Shown here piece after piece: positions 28,025-37,631 of a stretch of 64,000 nt of DNA. The DNA is taken from assembly GCA_035501555.1 (NCBI GenBank), contig DATJWA010000016.1:44316-108315 (forward strand), written 5' to 3'. The notes under the pieces were generated by a model. That model was not told where the DNA came from, did not search any database, and was given only the letters and a program-made list of their open reading frames with translations. The translations under genes were made by a program, and so were the position numbers. Source of the DNA: Thermoplasmata archaeon. Its GTDB lineage: Archaea > Thermoplasmatota > Thermoplasmata > Lutacidiplasmatales > UBA184. Each line of letters opens with the position of its first letter. Positions within the stretch are counted from its first letter, which is position 1.

Positions 28025-28945
28025 GTGTCCCGAGACTCGGTCCTGGAATGGTTGCTCGAGCCGGAACAACCTTCGGTCCAGTACCTCGCGCTGACCCAAC
28101 TTCTCGGCAGGAAGGAGAGCGACTCCGAGGTCAAGGAGGCGAAGAGTAGGATACCCCGAGAGGGCTGGGCCGCGACCATACTCGCAGACCGCAACCCCGC
28201 CGGTTGGTGGGTGCGAGATTGGAGCCACTTCAGCCCGAGCTACACATCCACGACCTGGATGATGGTCGTGCTCTCCGACCTCGGGCTGACCCGGGAGCTC
28301 CCTGAGGTTCGGCACTCGGCCGAGCTGTGGATGCGCATGAAGCCCCTGCGCTACGGTCCGGTGGTGCACCCGTCCGTCGAGCCCCACTACTGCTCGCTCG
28401 GGATGGGGGCGGCGGCGCTGATCCGGCTGGGGTACGGGGACGACCCCCGGGTTCGCCGGTCCCTGGAGTGGATCGTGAAGAAGGGCCATCCTCAAGGAGG
28501 TTGGTCGCACTTCGGGAGCGGACGCAATCTCGACGCGTGGCAGGGGCTGGGTGCGCTCGCGAGCCTTCCTCGGTCGAAGCGCACAGCCGCGATGCAGCGC
28601 AGCGCCGAGCTGGGGGCCGAGTTCTTCCTCGAGCGGGAGCTCCACCGGCAGGGGCCCCGGTACGAGCCCTGGTACCGCTTTCACTACCCGGTATTCTACT
28701 TCTACGACATCCTGGTCGGTTTGGAGATGATGACCGGCCTGGGGTATGGCCAGGACCCGAGGATGCGGTTCGCCCTCTCCCTGCTCGAGAAGAAGCGACG
28801 AACGGATGGGCGCTGGGTCTTGGACTCGGTGCATCCGGACGTCATGCACCCGGCCAAGGACAAGGTGGTCGCGCTCGAGAAAGCCGGCGCCCCGAGCAAG
28901 ATCATCACCCTTCGGGCATTGAAGGTCCTGGCTCGGGCCGGATGA
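28025..28945 (+). CDS. Prenyltransferase/squalene-oxidase-repeat-like (alpha/alpha toroid) protein
   Basis: Repeated helical hairpins with GGW-type motifs (NPAGWWV, HPQGGWSHF, TDGRWVL). The family call is tentative. Confidence 0.5.
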   Translation: MSRDSVLEWLLEPEQPSVQYLALTQLLGRKESDSEVKEAKSRIPREGWAATILADRNPAGWWVRDWSHFSPSYTSTTWMMVVLSDLGLTRELPEVRHSAELWMRMKPLRYGPVVHPSVEPHYCSLGMGAAALIRLGYGDDPRVRRSLEWIVKKGHPQGGWSHFGSGRNLDAWQGLGALASLPRSKRTAAMQRSAELGAEFFLERELHRQGPRYEPWYRFHYPVFYFYDILVGLEMMTGLGYGQDPRMRFALSLLEKKRRTDGRWVLDSVHPDVMHPAKDKVVALEKAGAPSKIITLRALKVLARAG

Positions 28946-29026
28946 ACTTAGTGGGCCGGCGCTCGAACGGAGCCGACCGCCCCGGCCAGGGCCTTTGACG
29001 GGGCGACGAAGACAAATGAGCTCCCA

Positions 29027-31015
29027 GTGCGTCCCCGCGGCGCCGTGACGCGCCGCCTGGCCGCCATCATGTTCACCGACCTCGTCGGTTTCACGAGGCT
29101 GGGCCAGCGAGACGAGGAGGCCGCGCTGCGCCTGCGCCGAGAGCACCAGGTGCTCCTTCGCCCGATCTTTGCCCGATTCGCAGGCCGCGAGGTGAAGACG
29201 CTGGGGGACGGCTTCCTGGTCGAGTTTGCGAGCGCGGTCGAATCGGTCCGATGCGCCGTAGAGATCCAACGGGCGATCGGGATGCGGAACGCGTCGGTGG
29301 CCCCGGACGACATGCTCCAGCTGCGGATCGGCCTGCACCTCGGAGACGTGGTCGAGGAGGAGGGCGACGTGGTCGGGGACGCCGTCAACGTCGCCTCCCG
29401 GATCGAGCCCCTCGCCGACCCCGGGGGGATCTACCTCACGGCCCCGATCTACGAGCAAGTCCGTAACAAGCTCCCGATCCTCATCGAGAGGGTCGGTCCC
29501 CGGAACCTCAAGAACGTCCAGGAACCCGTCGATATCTACCGGGTCGCCGTTGGGGGCGCACGAGCGACCTCGCCTCCCCATCTCGCCCCAACCTCGTCGA
29601 ACCTCCGCATTGCGGTGCTTCCACTGGCCAATCTCAGCGCCCTGGCGGAGGACGAATTCTTTGCGGACGGCCTGACGGACGAGCTGATCTCGAGGACGGC
29701 CCAGGTACCCCAGGTCCGGGTGATCGCGCGGACGTCGGTCCAGCGCTACAAGGGCTCGTCGAAGTCGATCCGCGAGGTCGGTGAGGAACTGGACGTCCGA
29801 GTCGCGCTCGAGGGAAGCATCCGCAAGTCCGGCAACCGAGTCCGCATTGCGGTCCAGCTGGTGGACGTGCGCTCGGAGGCCCACATCTGGTCCATGCGGT
29901 ACGACCGCTCGTTCGACGATATCTTCGAGATCCAGGACGACATCGCAAGCAACATCGCGCGCTCCATCGCGGCGCACCTCACTGGACCGAGTCCCGAGGC
30001 TCCTGCCCCGCCCCCCTCGGCCACACCGGACACGGCGGACATGGAGGCCTACTCGCTGTTCCTCCACGGACGCAAGCTGCTCGGCGAGAGGGGCTCGGTG
30101 GAGTCGATCCGCACCGCGCTCTCGCTCTTCGAAGGCGCGGTCGCCCGGGACCCGAGGTTCGCGCGGGCCCGGGTCGGTGTCGCCGAGACCCTGCTCTGGC
30201 TCGAAGGCGAGGGTGGGACTCCCTTCCAGGACGCCGAGGACCGGGCCGCCCGCGAGCTCCGCACCGCGCTCGAGATCAACGACGGGATCGCCGAGGCCCA
30301 CTCGGTCCTCGCGGGACTGCACATCGGGGCCGACCGACCCGCCGAGTGCGAACGCGAGGCCCGACGCGCGATGGAGCTGAACCCGAGCCTTGCCGACCCG
30401 TACCGCTGGTTGGCCCAGCTCGCCGCCGGGGACCACCGCATCGACGAGGCGGTCCGGCTCCTGGAAGCGGCCCGGAAGGTGGACCCCGACGACATCAACG
30501 TCCTCGCCTTCCTCGGTCGTGCGCTGTGGTATGCCGGGCGGGAGGAGGAGGCCCTCGCCTTCTGGGAGGCGACGAAGTCGCGCATCCGCTTTCGGACGAA
30601 CGCAAACCTGACCGAGTACTACCTCGGAAAGGGCGACCTCGCGAAGGCCGAGGAGTCATTCCGCGAGATGGAGCGGGTCCGACCGGCGAGCCCGTGGACG
30701 CTGACGTACCGCGGCTTCCTTGCGGCCCGCCAGGGGGACCCCGCAACGGCCCGACGGATGATCGAGACGCTCGAGGGGCGCGCGAAGCAGGGCGAGATGG
30801 TCGCCTTCCACATCGGGTTCGTGCACTTCGCTCTCGGCGAGATGGACGGATTCGTCGCGGGCATGGAGGGGGCCTTACGTCACCATGCGCTGCCGCTCCT
30901 CGAGCTGCTCTATTCCCCGCTGCTCGCGGCCGGTCGGGCGGACCCTCGGATCCAAGACATTTTCCGAAGGCAGGTCGAGCTCCAGCACGCCTCGGGACCG
31001 AAGGATTCGGTCTAG
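29027..31015 (+). CDS. Class III adenylate/guanylate cyclase fused to a TolB-N-like segment and TPR repeats
   Basis: Cyclase core: AIMFTDLVGFT, VKTLGDGFLVEF, IGLHLGDVV, GDAVNVASRIE. This is followed by IAVLPLANLSALAEDEFFADGLTDELI and C-terminal TPR-like helices. The start may be the in-frame GTG at 29045, given a weak TATA-like gacaaatgag near 29008. Confidence 0.85.
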   Translation: MRPRGAVTRRLAAIMFTDLVGFTRLGQRDEEAALRLRREHQVLLRPIFARFAGREVKTLGDGFLVEFASAVESVRCAVEIQRAIGMRNASVAPDDMLQLRIGLHLGDVVEEEGDVVGDAVNVASRIEPLADPGGIYLTAPIYEQVRNKLPILIERVGPRNLKNVQEPVDIYRVAVGGARATSPPHLAPTSSNLRIAVLPLANLSALAEDEFFADGLTDELISRTAQVPQVRVIARTSVQRYKGSSKSIREVGEELDVRVALEGSIRKSGNRVRIAVQLVDVRSEAHIWSMRYDRSFDDIFEIQDDIASNIARSIAAHLTGPSPEAPAPPPSATPDTADMEAYSLFLHGRKLLGERGSVESIRTALSLFEGAVARDPRFARARVGVAETLLWLEGEGGTPFQDAEDRAARELRTALEINDGIAEAHSVLAGLHIGADRPAECEREARRAMELNPSLADPYRWLAQLAAGDHRIDEAVRLLEAARKVDPDDINVLAFLGRALWYAGREEEALAFWEATKSRIRFRTNANLTEYYLGKGDLAKAEESFREMERVRPASPWTLTYRGFLAARQGDPATARRMIETLEGRAKQGEMVAFHIGFVHFALGEMDGFVAGMEGALRHHALPLLELLYSPLLAAGRADPRIQDIFRRQVELQHASGPKDSV

Positions 31016-31496
31016 GCCGACAATCCATAGACTGGGCCAACCCTGGGGGCCGCACCGCCAGTTGGCCCGACGGGTGGCGGCGCGACCGACCTGGTGTACG
31101 TCAGGGCGGGGGCCAATTCGCGAGGCAGCGGCCCCATGGTAAGGCTATCGCGCGACGTTGTCGAGCGCAAGACACCGAAGCATTGAAGGGTGACCGGTTT
31201 ATCGACCGCCGCCATGACGGCGAGCTTAACCTGCGCCTGCGGAGCTTCGTTCCCGACCCAAGCCCAGCTCGACGAGCACGCTGCGACCTGCGCGGTTTCG
31301 CGGGACCCCGGCGGAGACCCCTCGGCCGAGGGGTAAGACCCGCTCCGTCGCTCTCCGGTCACTTCCGAGGAAACCGGAGGCCGTTCAAGTCCCCCGGTCG
31401 AGCCGGCGGACGGCCTTCGCTGCGCTCCGCGTAGGCGCCCGACCCGCTCGAGGTCGCACGTGGGGACTGCCGGTCCACGATCTTGAGCCGGACGTG

Positions 31497-32789
31497 CTAG
31501 CTGAGGGCAGCCTTCCAGAACGAGGGCACCCGCGGCGTGAATCCCACCGAGTCAGCTCCAAGGAACGCCGCGAGGCGATCGAGCTCCTCTCGGATCTCGG
31601 TGGCGACCCCCCGTGCCGTCGGGGCGTCCGTCTCCGCGAAGAGCGCGAGGACCTGGAGCCGTCGCTTTTCCTCGTCCAGGGTTGCGTCCATTCGTCCGAT
31701 GAACTCCTCCCCGCGTAGAATGGGAAGCACCCACATCCCGAAGCGACGCTTCTCCTTCGGGAGAAACTGCTCGCGGACGTAGTCGAAGTTGAACAACCGT
31801 TTGCCCCGAGCCTGGCTGCAGATCATGTTGTCGAACGGGGGAAGTACGGAGACCCGGGGCGAGAACCTCTCCCTGCTCAGGTCGTCGAGCAGGGCCACGT
31901 CGTCCGCCTGGACAAAGCACTCCTCCTGGCCGCGCAGCCCCTCGATCTCCACCCGGTAGATTCGAGACTCCGCCACCAGGCGCTCCAGGGTCGATTGGAT
32001 GTCGTGATAGCAGCCCCGAATGAAGTAGTACTTGACCTCCCTCGCCGTCGCCACCCCGAGCCCCCGCAGAGCCCGCTGGGCGGCCTCCGAGTCGGCCTCC
32101 TCTTCGGAGAGCACCTTCCGGCTGACCCACGACGGAAGGCAGGCCTCGGGCAGTCCCCAGAGGTTCTGGTTCCCCTCGTGACCCACGACCATCACTCGAC
32201 CGGACATGAGCAGGTGCCAGAGCATCTCGGACACCGCGCTCGAGGGCTCCCAATCTCCGGCGGCCCTCTTGGTCCGGACGTGGTCCTTGAACTGGTTCAG
32301 CTGCAACGGACCCCCCCGCAGGTCAGCAAGGACCCGCTTTCGAAGCTCTCCGTGCTTGGCCAGGAACGCTCGCGCGCCGGCGCGCTGCGACCCCCACGAG
32401 TCGGAGAGGGACTCGGGATACCGTCGCATCAGGGAGGCGTAGAGAGGGTAGTCCTCGGTCGCGACGACGCTGGCGAAGGGGATCCAATGCTGGAGGAGTC
32501 GCCGGTCGGTCCACAGCAGCCGATCCAGGTCGGCCAGCCGGAACGACCCGACCCGCGCCCAGAGAGAGAGTACGTGGGAGGGTGCGACCACGCTGACCGG
32601 ATCCCACTGCACGTACGGCAAGTCGCGAACGGTCTCCACGATACGCTCGGCAGTGGCTCGAGCCGGGCGCCTACCCGCGAGATGCTGCTTGGTGACCGCG
32701 AGGCGTCGAGCCGTTCGGAGGGAGGTACGAACCGGAGCCGAGGTCATCGCCCCCTGCCGACTGTCTCGGCCCCTAAGTAGTAGTTGCAT
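31497..32789 (-). CDS. Winged-helix DNA glycosylase-like protein (YcaQ/AlkZ family, DUF1006)
   Basis: The N-terminal TKQHLAGRRP...VETVRDLPYVQWDPVSVVAPSHVLSLWARV and the overall ~430-aa length match YcaQ-type winged-helix proteins. Confidence 0.75.
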   Translation of the reverse strand: MQLLLRGRDSRQGAMTSAPVRTSLRTARRLAVTKQHLAGRRPARATAERIVETVRDLPYVQWDPVSVVAPSHVLSLWARVGSFRLADLDRLLWTDRRLLQHWIPFASVVATEDYPLYASLMRRYPESLSDSWGSQRAGARAFLAKHGELRKRVLADLRGGPLQLNQFKDHVRTKRAAGDWEPSSAVSEMLWHLLMSGRVMVVGHEGNQNLWGLPEACLPSWVSRKVLSEEEADSEAAQRALRGLGVATAREVKYYFIRGCYHDIQSTLERLVAESRIYRVEIEGLRGQEECFVQADDVALLDDLSRERFSPRVSVLPPFDNMICSQARGKRLFNFDYVREQFLPKEKRRFGMWVLPILRGEEFIGRMDATLDEEKRRLQVLALFAETDAPTARGVATEIREELDRLAAFLGADSVGFTPRVPSFWKAALS

Positions 32790-33159
32790 CGCTGCGTGCC
32801 GGTCGCGTCTGCGAGCACCCGAGCCGGTATCCTCTTCCCCCGAGCGCCGGTTCCCGACCTCCCGGTAACTGGACTACTTGCGGGTCGAATAGCGCGTGGG
32901 TTGTGATTGACCCCGCCTTTATAGTGACCAAGCGGGGTACCGGGTGAGCCTAAGGTCGAAGGTCATGCATGCGCGCGGAGAGCGCATGGGCGCAGCGGTC
33001 CGGAGTGCGGTATCGCACCCGGGTCGACGGGGCGCAGCGGGGTCTCGTTTGACAGGGACCTTGGCGTCGTTCAGGTTCCGGGACCGAGTCGCCGGGGCCG
33101 GCACTTGCCCTCTCACCGCGCGTCTGGAGCTCCGGTGCCGCCAGGAGTGACGCGAAAGC

Positions 33160-34218
33160 ATGGATGACATTGACCTCGACGTTCTGAGGTGGATGTATCC
33201 GGGAGGCGTCTGGTCGCCCTGGGGAACCGATCCCCGAATCACCATCGCCGATATCGCCTCCCACGTCGGCCTGACTCGGACGGCCGTGTGGGCCCGGCTT
33301 TGCAAGTGGCGTAAGGTCGAGTTCTGGGACGGTTTCGAGACCCAAGTGAACCCCCGGATCTTCGGAGCCAGTGTGTCGATGGTGTCGTTCCACGTCGAGG
33401 ATTCCGCGCAAGGCTGGGAACTGCTGGACCGGACCGGCGCGATTCAGGGTGTGATGTGGGCGAGCCTCCTCTCCGGCTACTCGCTCGCCGCCCGGAACGT
33501 GACCTATGTATTGGTGACGATGTTGGCCGACACACGGGCCGACCAAGTGCGGCGCATGCGAGCCCTCCGCCGGTTGTCGCCATCGGGGGTCGTGGACGGG
33601 CCCGTCACGACCGAGCCCGTCCCGTGCTCCCGGTCGATGACCCCCCTGGATTGGCGGATCCTCTCCGCAATGGTCGCCCATCCGAATGCATCAGCGGCCC
33701 GACTCGCGTGCGATGTCGGGGTCTCTCTCAAAACCCTGGACCATCACCGATCCCTGCTCATTGACGACGGGGTGGTCTGCTCCACACCAAGGCTCGACTG
33801 GTCCAAGATCGGTTGTGTCGCACTCACCTTCTTTTGCCGGTCCCCCGAAGACGTGGATGTAACTGTCCGCGCGCTCGAAAGCCGTCTCCCCCACTCGATC
33901 CCGGTTTCGTTCCAGGGCCTTAACGGCCACGATTTCAAGGCCCCGAAGTGCTTCTGCTACTTGGTCCCGGCCCACTCGCCGCACGCGGTGCCTAGCCTCG
34001 TGCACGACCTCTCGCGGCTCCCCGGGGTCACTTCCGTGTTGCCCGAGCTGTGGGGGGCCCGGTGCGGGTTCACGGCTTGGGCCACGTCACGAATCGCCCA
34101 ACGTTTGTGCCCCCCAGTGACCGTGATGGCGGCCACCCCCGCGAGCGCAGTGGGTCCTGGAAGCGGAGGGCCGGGTCGCGGGGTTCGGGAAGAGCGCCCC
34201 GCGCTCGTGCCTGCCTAG
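33160..34218 (+). CDS. Transcriptional regulator with two Lrp/AsnC-type winged-HTH modules
   Basis: DLDVLRWMYP...ITIADIASHVGLTRTAVWARLCKW and LDWRILSAMVAHPNASAARLACDVGVSLKTLDHHRSLLIDDG are two HTH_AsnC-like units. Confidence 0.6.
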   Translation: MDDIDLDVLRWMYPGGVWSPWGTDPRITIADIASHVGLTRTAVWARLCKWRKVEFWDGFETQVNPRIFGASVSMVSFHVEDSAQGWELLDRTGAIQGVMWASLLSGYSLAARNVTYVLVTMLADTRADQVRRMRALRRLSPSGVVDGPVTTEPVPCSRSMTPLDWRILSAMVAHPNASAARLACDVGVSLKTLDHHRSLLIDDGVVCSTPRLDWSKIGCVALTFFCRSPEDVDVTVRALESRLPHSIPVSFQGLNGHDFKAPKCFCYLVPAHSPHAVPSLVHDLSRLPGVTSVLPELWGARCGFTAWATSRIAQRLCPPVTVMAATPASAVGPGSGGPGRGVREERPALVPA

Positions 34219-34454
34219 GCCGCGTTCTGCAACGGCCGTCGGGTCGGATACGAATTTCGCCCGCCCGCGGCGAGTCGTGCCCCGCCGAATCGCTCCACGG
34301 CGAAGACCCGATACGCGACTTCCGAATCGTTGCGTGTCGCTGAACAAGCGCTCTACTAGCCCGAGGGCGTTCTCCGGTTGAGAAGGTGCTCCGGGTAGCC
34401 ACGTGCTTCGGGGGCCTTCCCGAACTCGGGATCGGTGCGGGAAGAGGAAGAACC

Positions 34455-36113
34455 ATGAGCGAAGGAAGAGGCGCGGAATTCGGTGGAGATTCCTGGCTAG
34501 GTCGAGAGAGAAACCACGGTCGGCGGCGCTCGCGACGACTTGCACCGGCTGTGATCGGGATCTGCCTGGTGCTGATACTCGCGACCGCGCTTACGTTGGC
34601 GCTGGCACCGGGAGCTCGGGCGTCACCGACGTCACTCGGCTCAAGCGTCGTGAAGGTTCCTTGCGGGGGCAGCATCCAAGCCGCCATCAACGCGGCGCAT
34701 CCTGGGAGCACGCTCGCCCTCGCCCCGTGCACCTACGTCCAGCAGTTGACGGTCGACAAGTCCATCAACATCGTGGGCGCCGGGGCGGGGAAGACGATCA
34801 TCCAGAGTCCGGCGACTCTCGCCCCGGACGCATTTGGGAATCCGTGGACCATCGAGCTCGGTAGCGCTGCCACGGTTACCCTCTCGGGGTTCACCCTGGT
34901 CGTGACTCTCCAGTGCATCCAGGTCTCGGGGCTTTTCCCAGCCACCGGCCTGCTTGGCTACGCGGGCGGCGGGATCGGAGTCGGCGGCAGCGCAGTCCTG
35001 AACCTCCAGTCCGCGGTGGTCACCACTGCCGGGGCAACGACGGAGGGAGGCTCGTGCCCGAGTGGGCCCGGTTTCATGACCTACGGTACGGGGGTTGATT
35101 TCGGCCTGGACTATCTGACGGTCGGTAAGCCCGCCGCGAACCAGCTCGTCGGCTTCGGGACGGTCTCCGGAGTGACGTTCTCCGGATTCGGGTATGGCGG
35201 ACCGGCCATTGCGGTTGGCGGCGGAGCGAACTCGCCCGCGGGCAGTTACGCGCTGATTTCGGACAACCGCATATCGACGGCCGGAACCACGCTGCCCCTC
35301 GAAACCTGCCCCTGTGCCGCGGGCATCGCCGTCGGGAGCGGAGGGAACGCTAGCTCGGCAAAGATCATACAAAACGCTCTGGGGGTGGTGCCACTGCAAA
35401 CCACCGGTTTCCCTATCGTACTATCGTTCGGAAGCTACGCGTACATCGCTCAGAATTCCATCACGGGCGGTGGCTGGGGGGATGGGATCACGGTGGCTCT
35501 GTCCAGCTGGGCGACGATCACCGGTAATTCGATTGTCGGTACGGGCGCGACCGACTTTTACATCGGAATTTTCCTGCTGGGCGCCAGTGGTCTATCGACG
35601 ATCACGTTCAACTCGGTCACCGGGCCCGTGACCGGCTACGACATCGCGCTGAGCGAGAGCAGCGCACTGGTCGAGTTCAACTCAGTCGGCCAGTTCAGTT
35701 GCACATACGACGCGTCCCTGGTGGCCGCGGGGCTCTGCGGTCCGGACTTTTTGACCCAGTACCAGTTCAACGGAATCTACGACGCGTCCGATCCGGGTCT
35801 CGGAACCACGATCGCGGGCAACATCGTCTTCGACTCTGATGCCGGGATCGCGCTACTGGAGGGATGCTCGGGGTGCGTGGTGAAGGGCAACACCCTGCTG
35901 AACAGCTTCGACTACGGGCTCTGGGGGGTCGATGGGAGCTATGGCTTCTCCCAGAACTTGGTGGTGGGTGGAGCCTATGGCGTTGCCGCGACCGCATATT
36001 CCGTCAACACGACAGTGGTGCTAGCCCACGTGGCGATCGTCGGCCCGTCTGTCGCCCCGTTCTACACCGAGGTCGACTTCACCGGGGGCACAGCAACCAT
36101 CAGTGGAACGTAG
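34455..36113 (+). CDS. Secreted right-handed beta-helix repeat protein (NosD/pectate-lyase-like fold)
   Basis: I start it at ATG 34455 (MSEGRGAEF...). It has a basic stretch plus an anchor (LAPAVIGICLVLILATALTLALAPGARA). GSIQAAINAAHPGSTLALAPCTY is followed by many G/I/V-x-N/T/S beta-helix coils. Confidence 0.7.
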   Translation: MSEGRGAEFGGDSWLGRERNHGRRRSRRLAPAVIGICLVLILATALTLALAPGARASPTSLGSSVVKVPCGGSIQAAINAAHPGSTLALAPCTYVQQLTVDKSINIVGAGAGKTIIQSPATLAPDAFGNPWTIELGSAATVTLSGFTLVVTLQCIQVSGLFPATGLLGYAGGGIGVGGSAVLNLQSAVVTTAGATTEGGSCPSGPGFMTYGTGVDFGLDYLTVGKPAANQLVGFGTVSGVTFSGFGYGGPAIAVGGGANSPAGSYALISDNRISTAGTTLPLETCPCAAGIAVGSGGNASSAKIIQNALGVVPLQTTGFPIVLSFGSYAYIAQNSITGGGWGDGITVALSSWATITGNSIVGTGATDFYIGIFLLGASGLSTITFNSVTGPVTGYDIALSESSALVEFNSVGQFSCTYDASLVAAGLCGPDFLTQYQFNGIYDASDPGLGTTIAGNIVFDSDAGIALLEGCSGCVVKGNTLLNSFDYGLWGVDGSYGFSQNLVVGGAYGVAATAYSVNTTVVLAHVAIVGPSVAPFYTEVDFTGGTATISGT

Positions 36114-36253
36114 TCGGACACTCGATCGAGGACGATCCGGTTCCGGGGCTCGCCGAAGCCCCGGAACTCCCACGAGGAGTTGCTCAGGGGGAGCTCTCGG
36201 CGATGTCGTTGCGCGCTCGGCCGTCCCGGGATTAGGCTGAAGAGTCGAGGAAA

Positions 36254-36388
36254 TCGCCCGTGCTGGGAGGCGCCCAATTAACTAGGCATTTAGAATTCGC
36301 TTTGCCGTCAGTGGATGCATTTGGCGAAACGAGTTTCGCGTTCGGGAGCCCCTGCTCCCATTGACCTCGCCAGCGGGTCTCTCTTCCC
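36254..36388. repeat. R1: ~135-bp conserved element beginning with a copy of the tRNA-Arg 3' end
   Basis: 36254-36268 (tcgcccgtgctggga) is identical to 42694-42708 in the tRNA gene. The remainder aligns with R2 and R3 through shared blocks ccgtcagtgga, ttcggga and ctcccattgacctcgccagcgggtctc. Confidence 0.8.
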
Positions 36389-36474
36389 CAGCCAACCCGA
36401 GTCCGGGACCTGTCAACTCTGTCGACCCCGTTTGACGGTCTCTTCTTACGCACTTCTGCCGTTGGCTAGCCGCC

Positions 36475-37233
36475 ATGTGGCCCTCGGCGCTAACCGCCGC
36501 ACTTGGCATCGCCATCGGAGCCATCGTCGTTCTGATCCCCTTGGCCGTGCCTTCGTTCCAAGGGCTAGGCGCGGCATCCTCGCCCGGGGGGCCTCCGGTC
36601 GGGCTCGCCCCGGCTCCCCAGTCGCTACACCCACTGAACGCCACCGACTGCGGGTTGCTGAGCTCGTCGTACTTCGCGGGCACCGAGTCGTCGTTCGGCT
36701 GGCCCTCCAGCTACGCCAATGACACTGAGATCATCTGGGCGAAACTTTGCAACGACACTTCCTTCGAGTCGCTCCTCGCCGAGTGGGGAGGTTGGTACTG
36801 GATCCCGCCCGTTACGGCCAACGGAACTACGACCCCTGGCTACTGGATCGCGTCGAACCTCAGCATGCCCATCGAGGAGAGCGGGCCGCCATCCGCGTGG
36901 GGGAACTGGACGTACTTCACCGTGACTTGGTTGTCTTGGGCTAGCATTCCACCAAACGTCACCTCGACCTGCGGGGGCCCCCCGTGCCTCTGGAGCGAGG
37001 TCTGGGTGGCAAGCCTACCCGGTACCAGCTACACCGGTCCGTACCTCACGATCTCTTACTCATTCTCTGCTGGCGGCCCGCCCCCGTCCCACTCCTCCCC
37101 CGCACCCGTGAGCTCCCTCTGGGGTCTAGCGATTGCCGCGTGGGTTGGCCTTCTAGCCGGGGGCGGTCTCACCGCCGCGATGGCCATCCTCGTAGCTGTC
37201 CGCGTTCGTACGACCCGGCCCCCACCGCCGTAG
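36475..37233 (+). CDS. Hypothetical cell-surface protein with N-terminal signal/anchor and C-terminal TM
   Basis: 252 aa. MWPSALTAALGIAIGAIVVLIPLAV, a W/N/T-rich ectodomain with NxS/T sites, and a C-terminal helix LWGLAIAAWVGLLAGGGLTAAMAILVAV followed by RVRTTR. Confidence 0.55.
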   Translation: MWPSALTAALGIAIGAIVVLIPLAVPSFQGLGAASSPGGPPVGLAPAPQSLHPLNATDCGLLSSSYFAGTESSFGWPSSYANDTEIIWAKLCNDTSFESLLAEWGGWYWIPPVTANGTTTPGYWIASNLSMPIEESGPPSAWGNWTYFTVTWLSWASIPPNVTSTCGGPPCLWSEVWVASLPGTSYTGPYLTISYSFSAGGPPPSHSSPAPVSSLWGLAIAAWVGLLAGGGLTAAMAILVAVRVRTTRPPPP

Positions 37234-37426
37234 GGCATCTCACGACAGGAGAAGGGTTGGCCAAGTCGGGACTCGTCGCCGCTGGGTCCGGGCGGGACTC
37301 TCTGGAAGCGTTTCGAACCCATCCCCCTCAGGGCACTCCTCTTGAGCCATCAGATCCGCCAGAGGATGCGTTCTGGTCTAGAAGGGTTCGGACTAACGAC
37401 TTCCGAGCCTTGCAGCTCGCGAACGC

Positions 37427-37449
37427 GACTCGCCCGCGCTGGGATTCGA
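37427..37449. repeat. Rx: isolated 23-nt copy of the tRNA-Arg 3' end (att-like fragment)
   Basis: gactcgcccgcgctgggattcga matches 42691-42713 at 22 of 23 positions. It covers the 3' acceptor strand, the T-stem strand and part of the T-loop. It lies in a 400-nt non-coding gap. Confidence 0.7.
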
Positions 37450-37631
37450 GCAACTACCTATTCGAATCCACAGTCCGATGGGGACATGGGACCCATGCTC
37501 CGCGGGTAAGGCCGAATTCGCCGTCTTCCAACGTTTCCCATGGCGTCGATGAGGAAGTCGGTCGCTCCTCCCCTGCGGAGTGGGTCGCACGTCCTGACAG
37601 CCGACGCGCTTCGGATCGTGGATCGGGCGAC

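Noticed and set aside
36254-36388. The R elements as additional tRNA genes (minus strand), including a possible CUA (pylT-like) or CCU anticodon loop in cgaattctaaatg / cgaatcctaagtg.
   Set aside because: Only the 3' acceptor strand and the 3' T-stem strand are tRNA-like. There is no complementary 5' acceptor strand, no D-arm and no 5-bp stem around the candidate loops.
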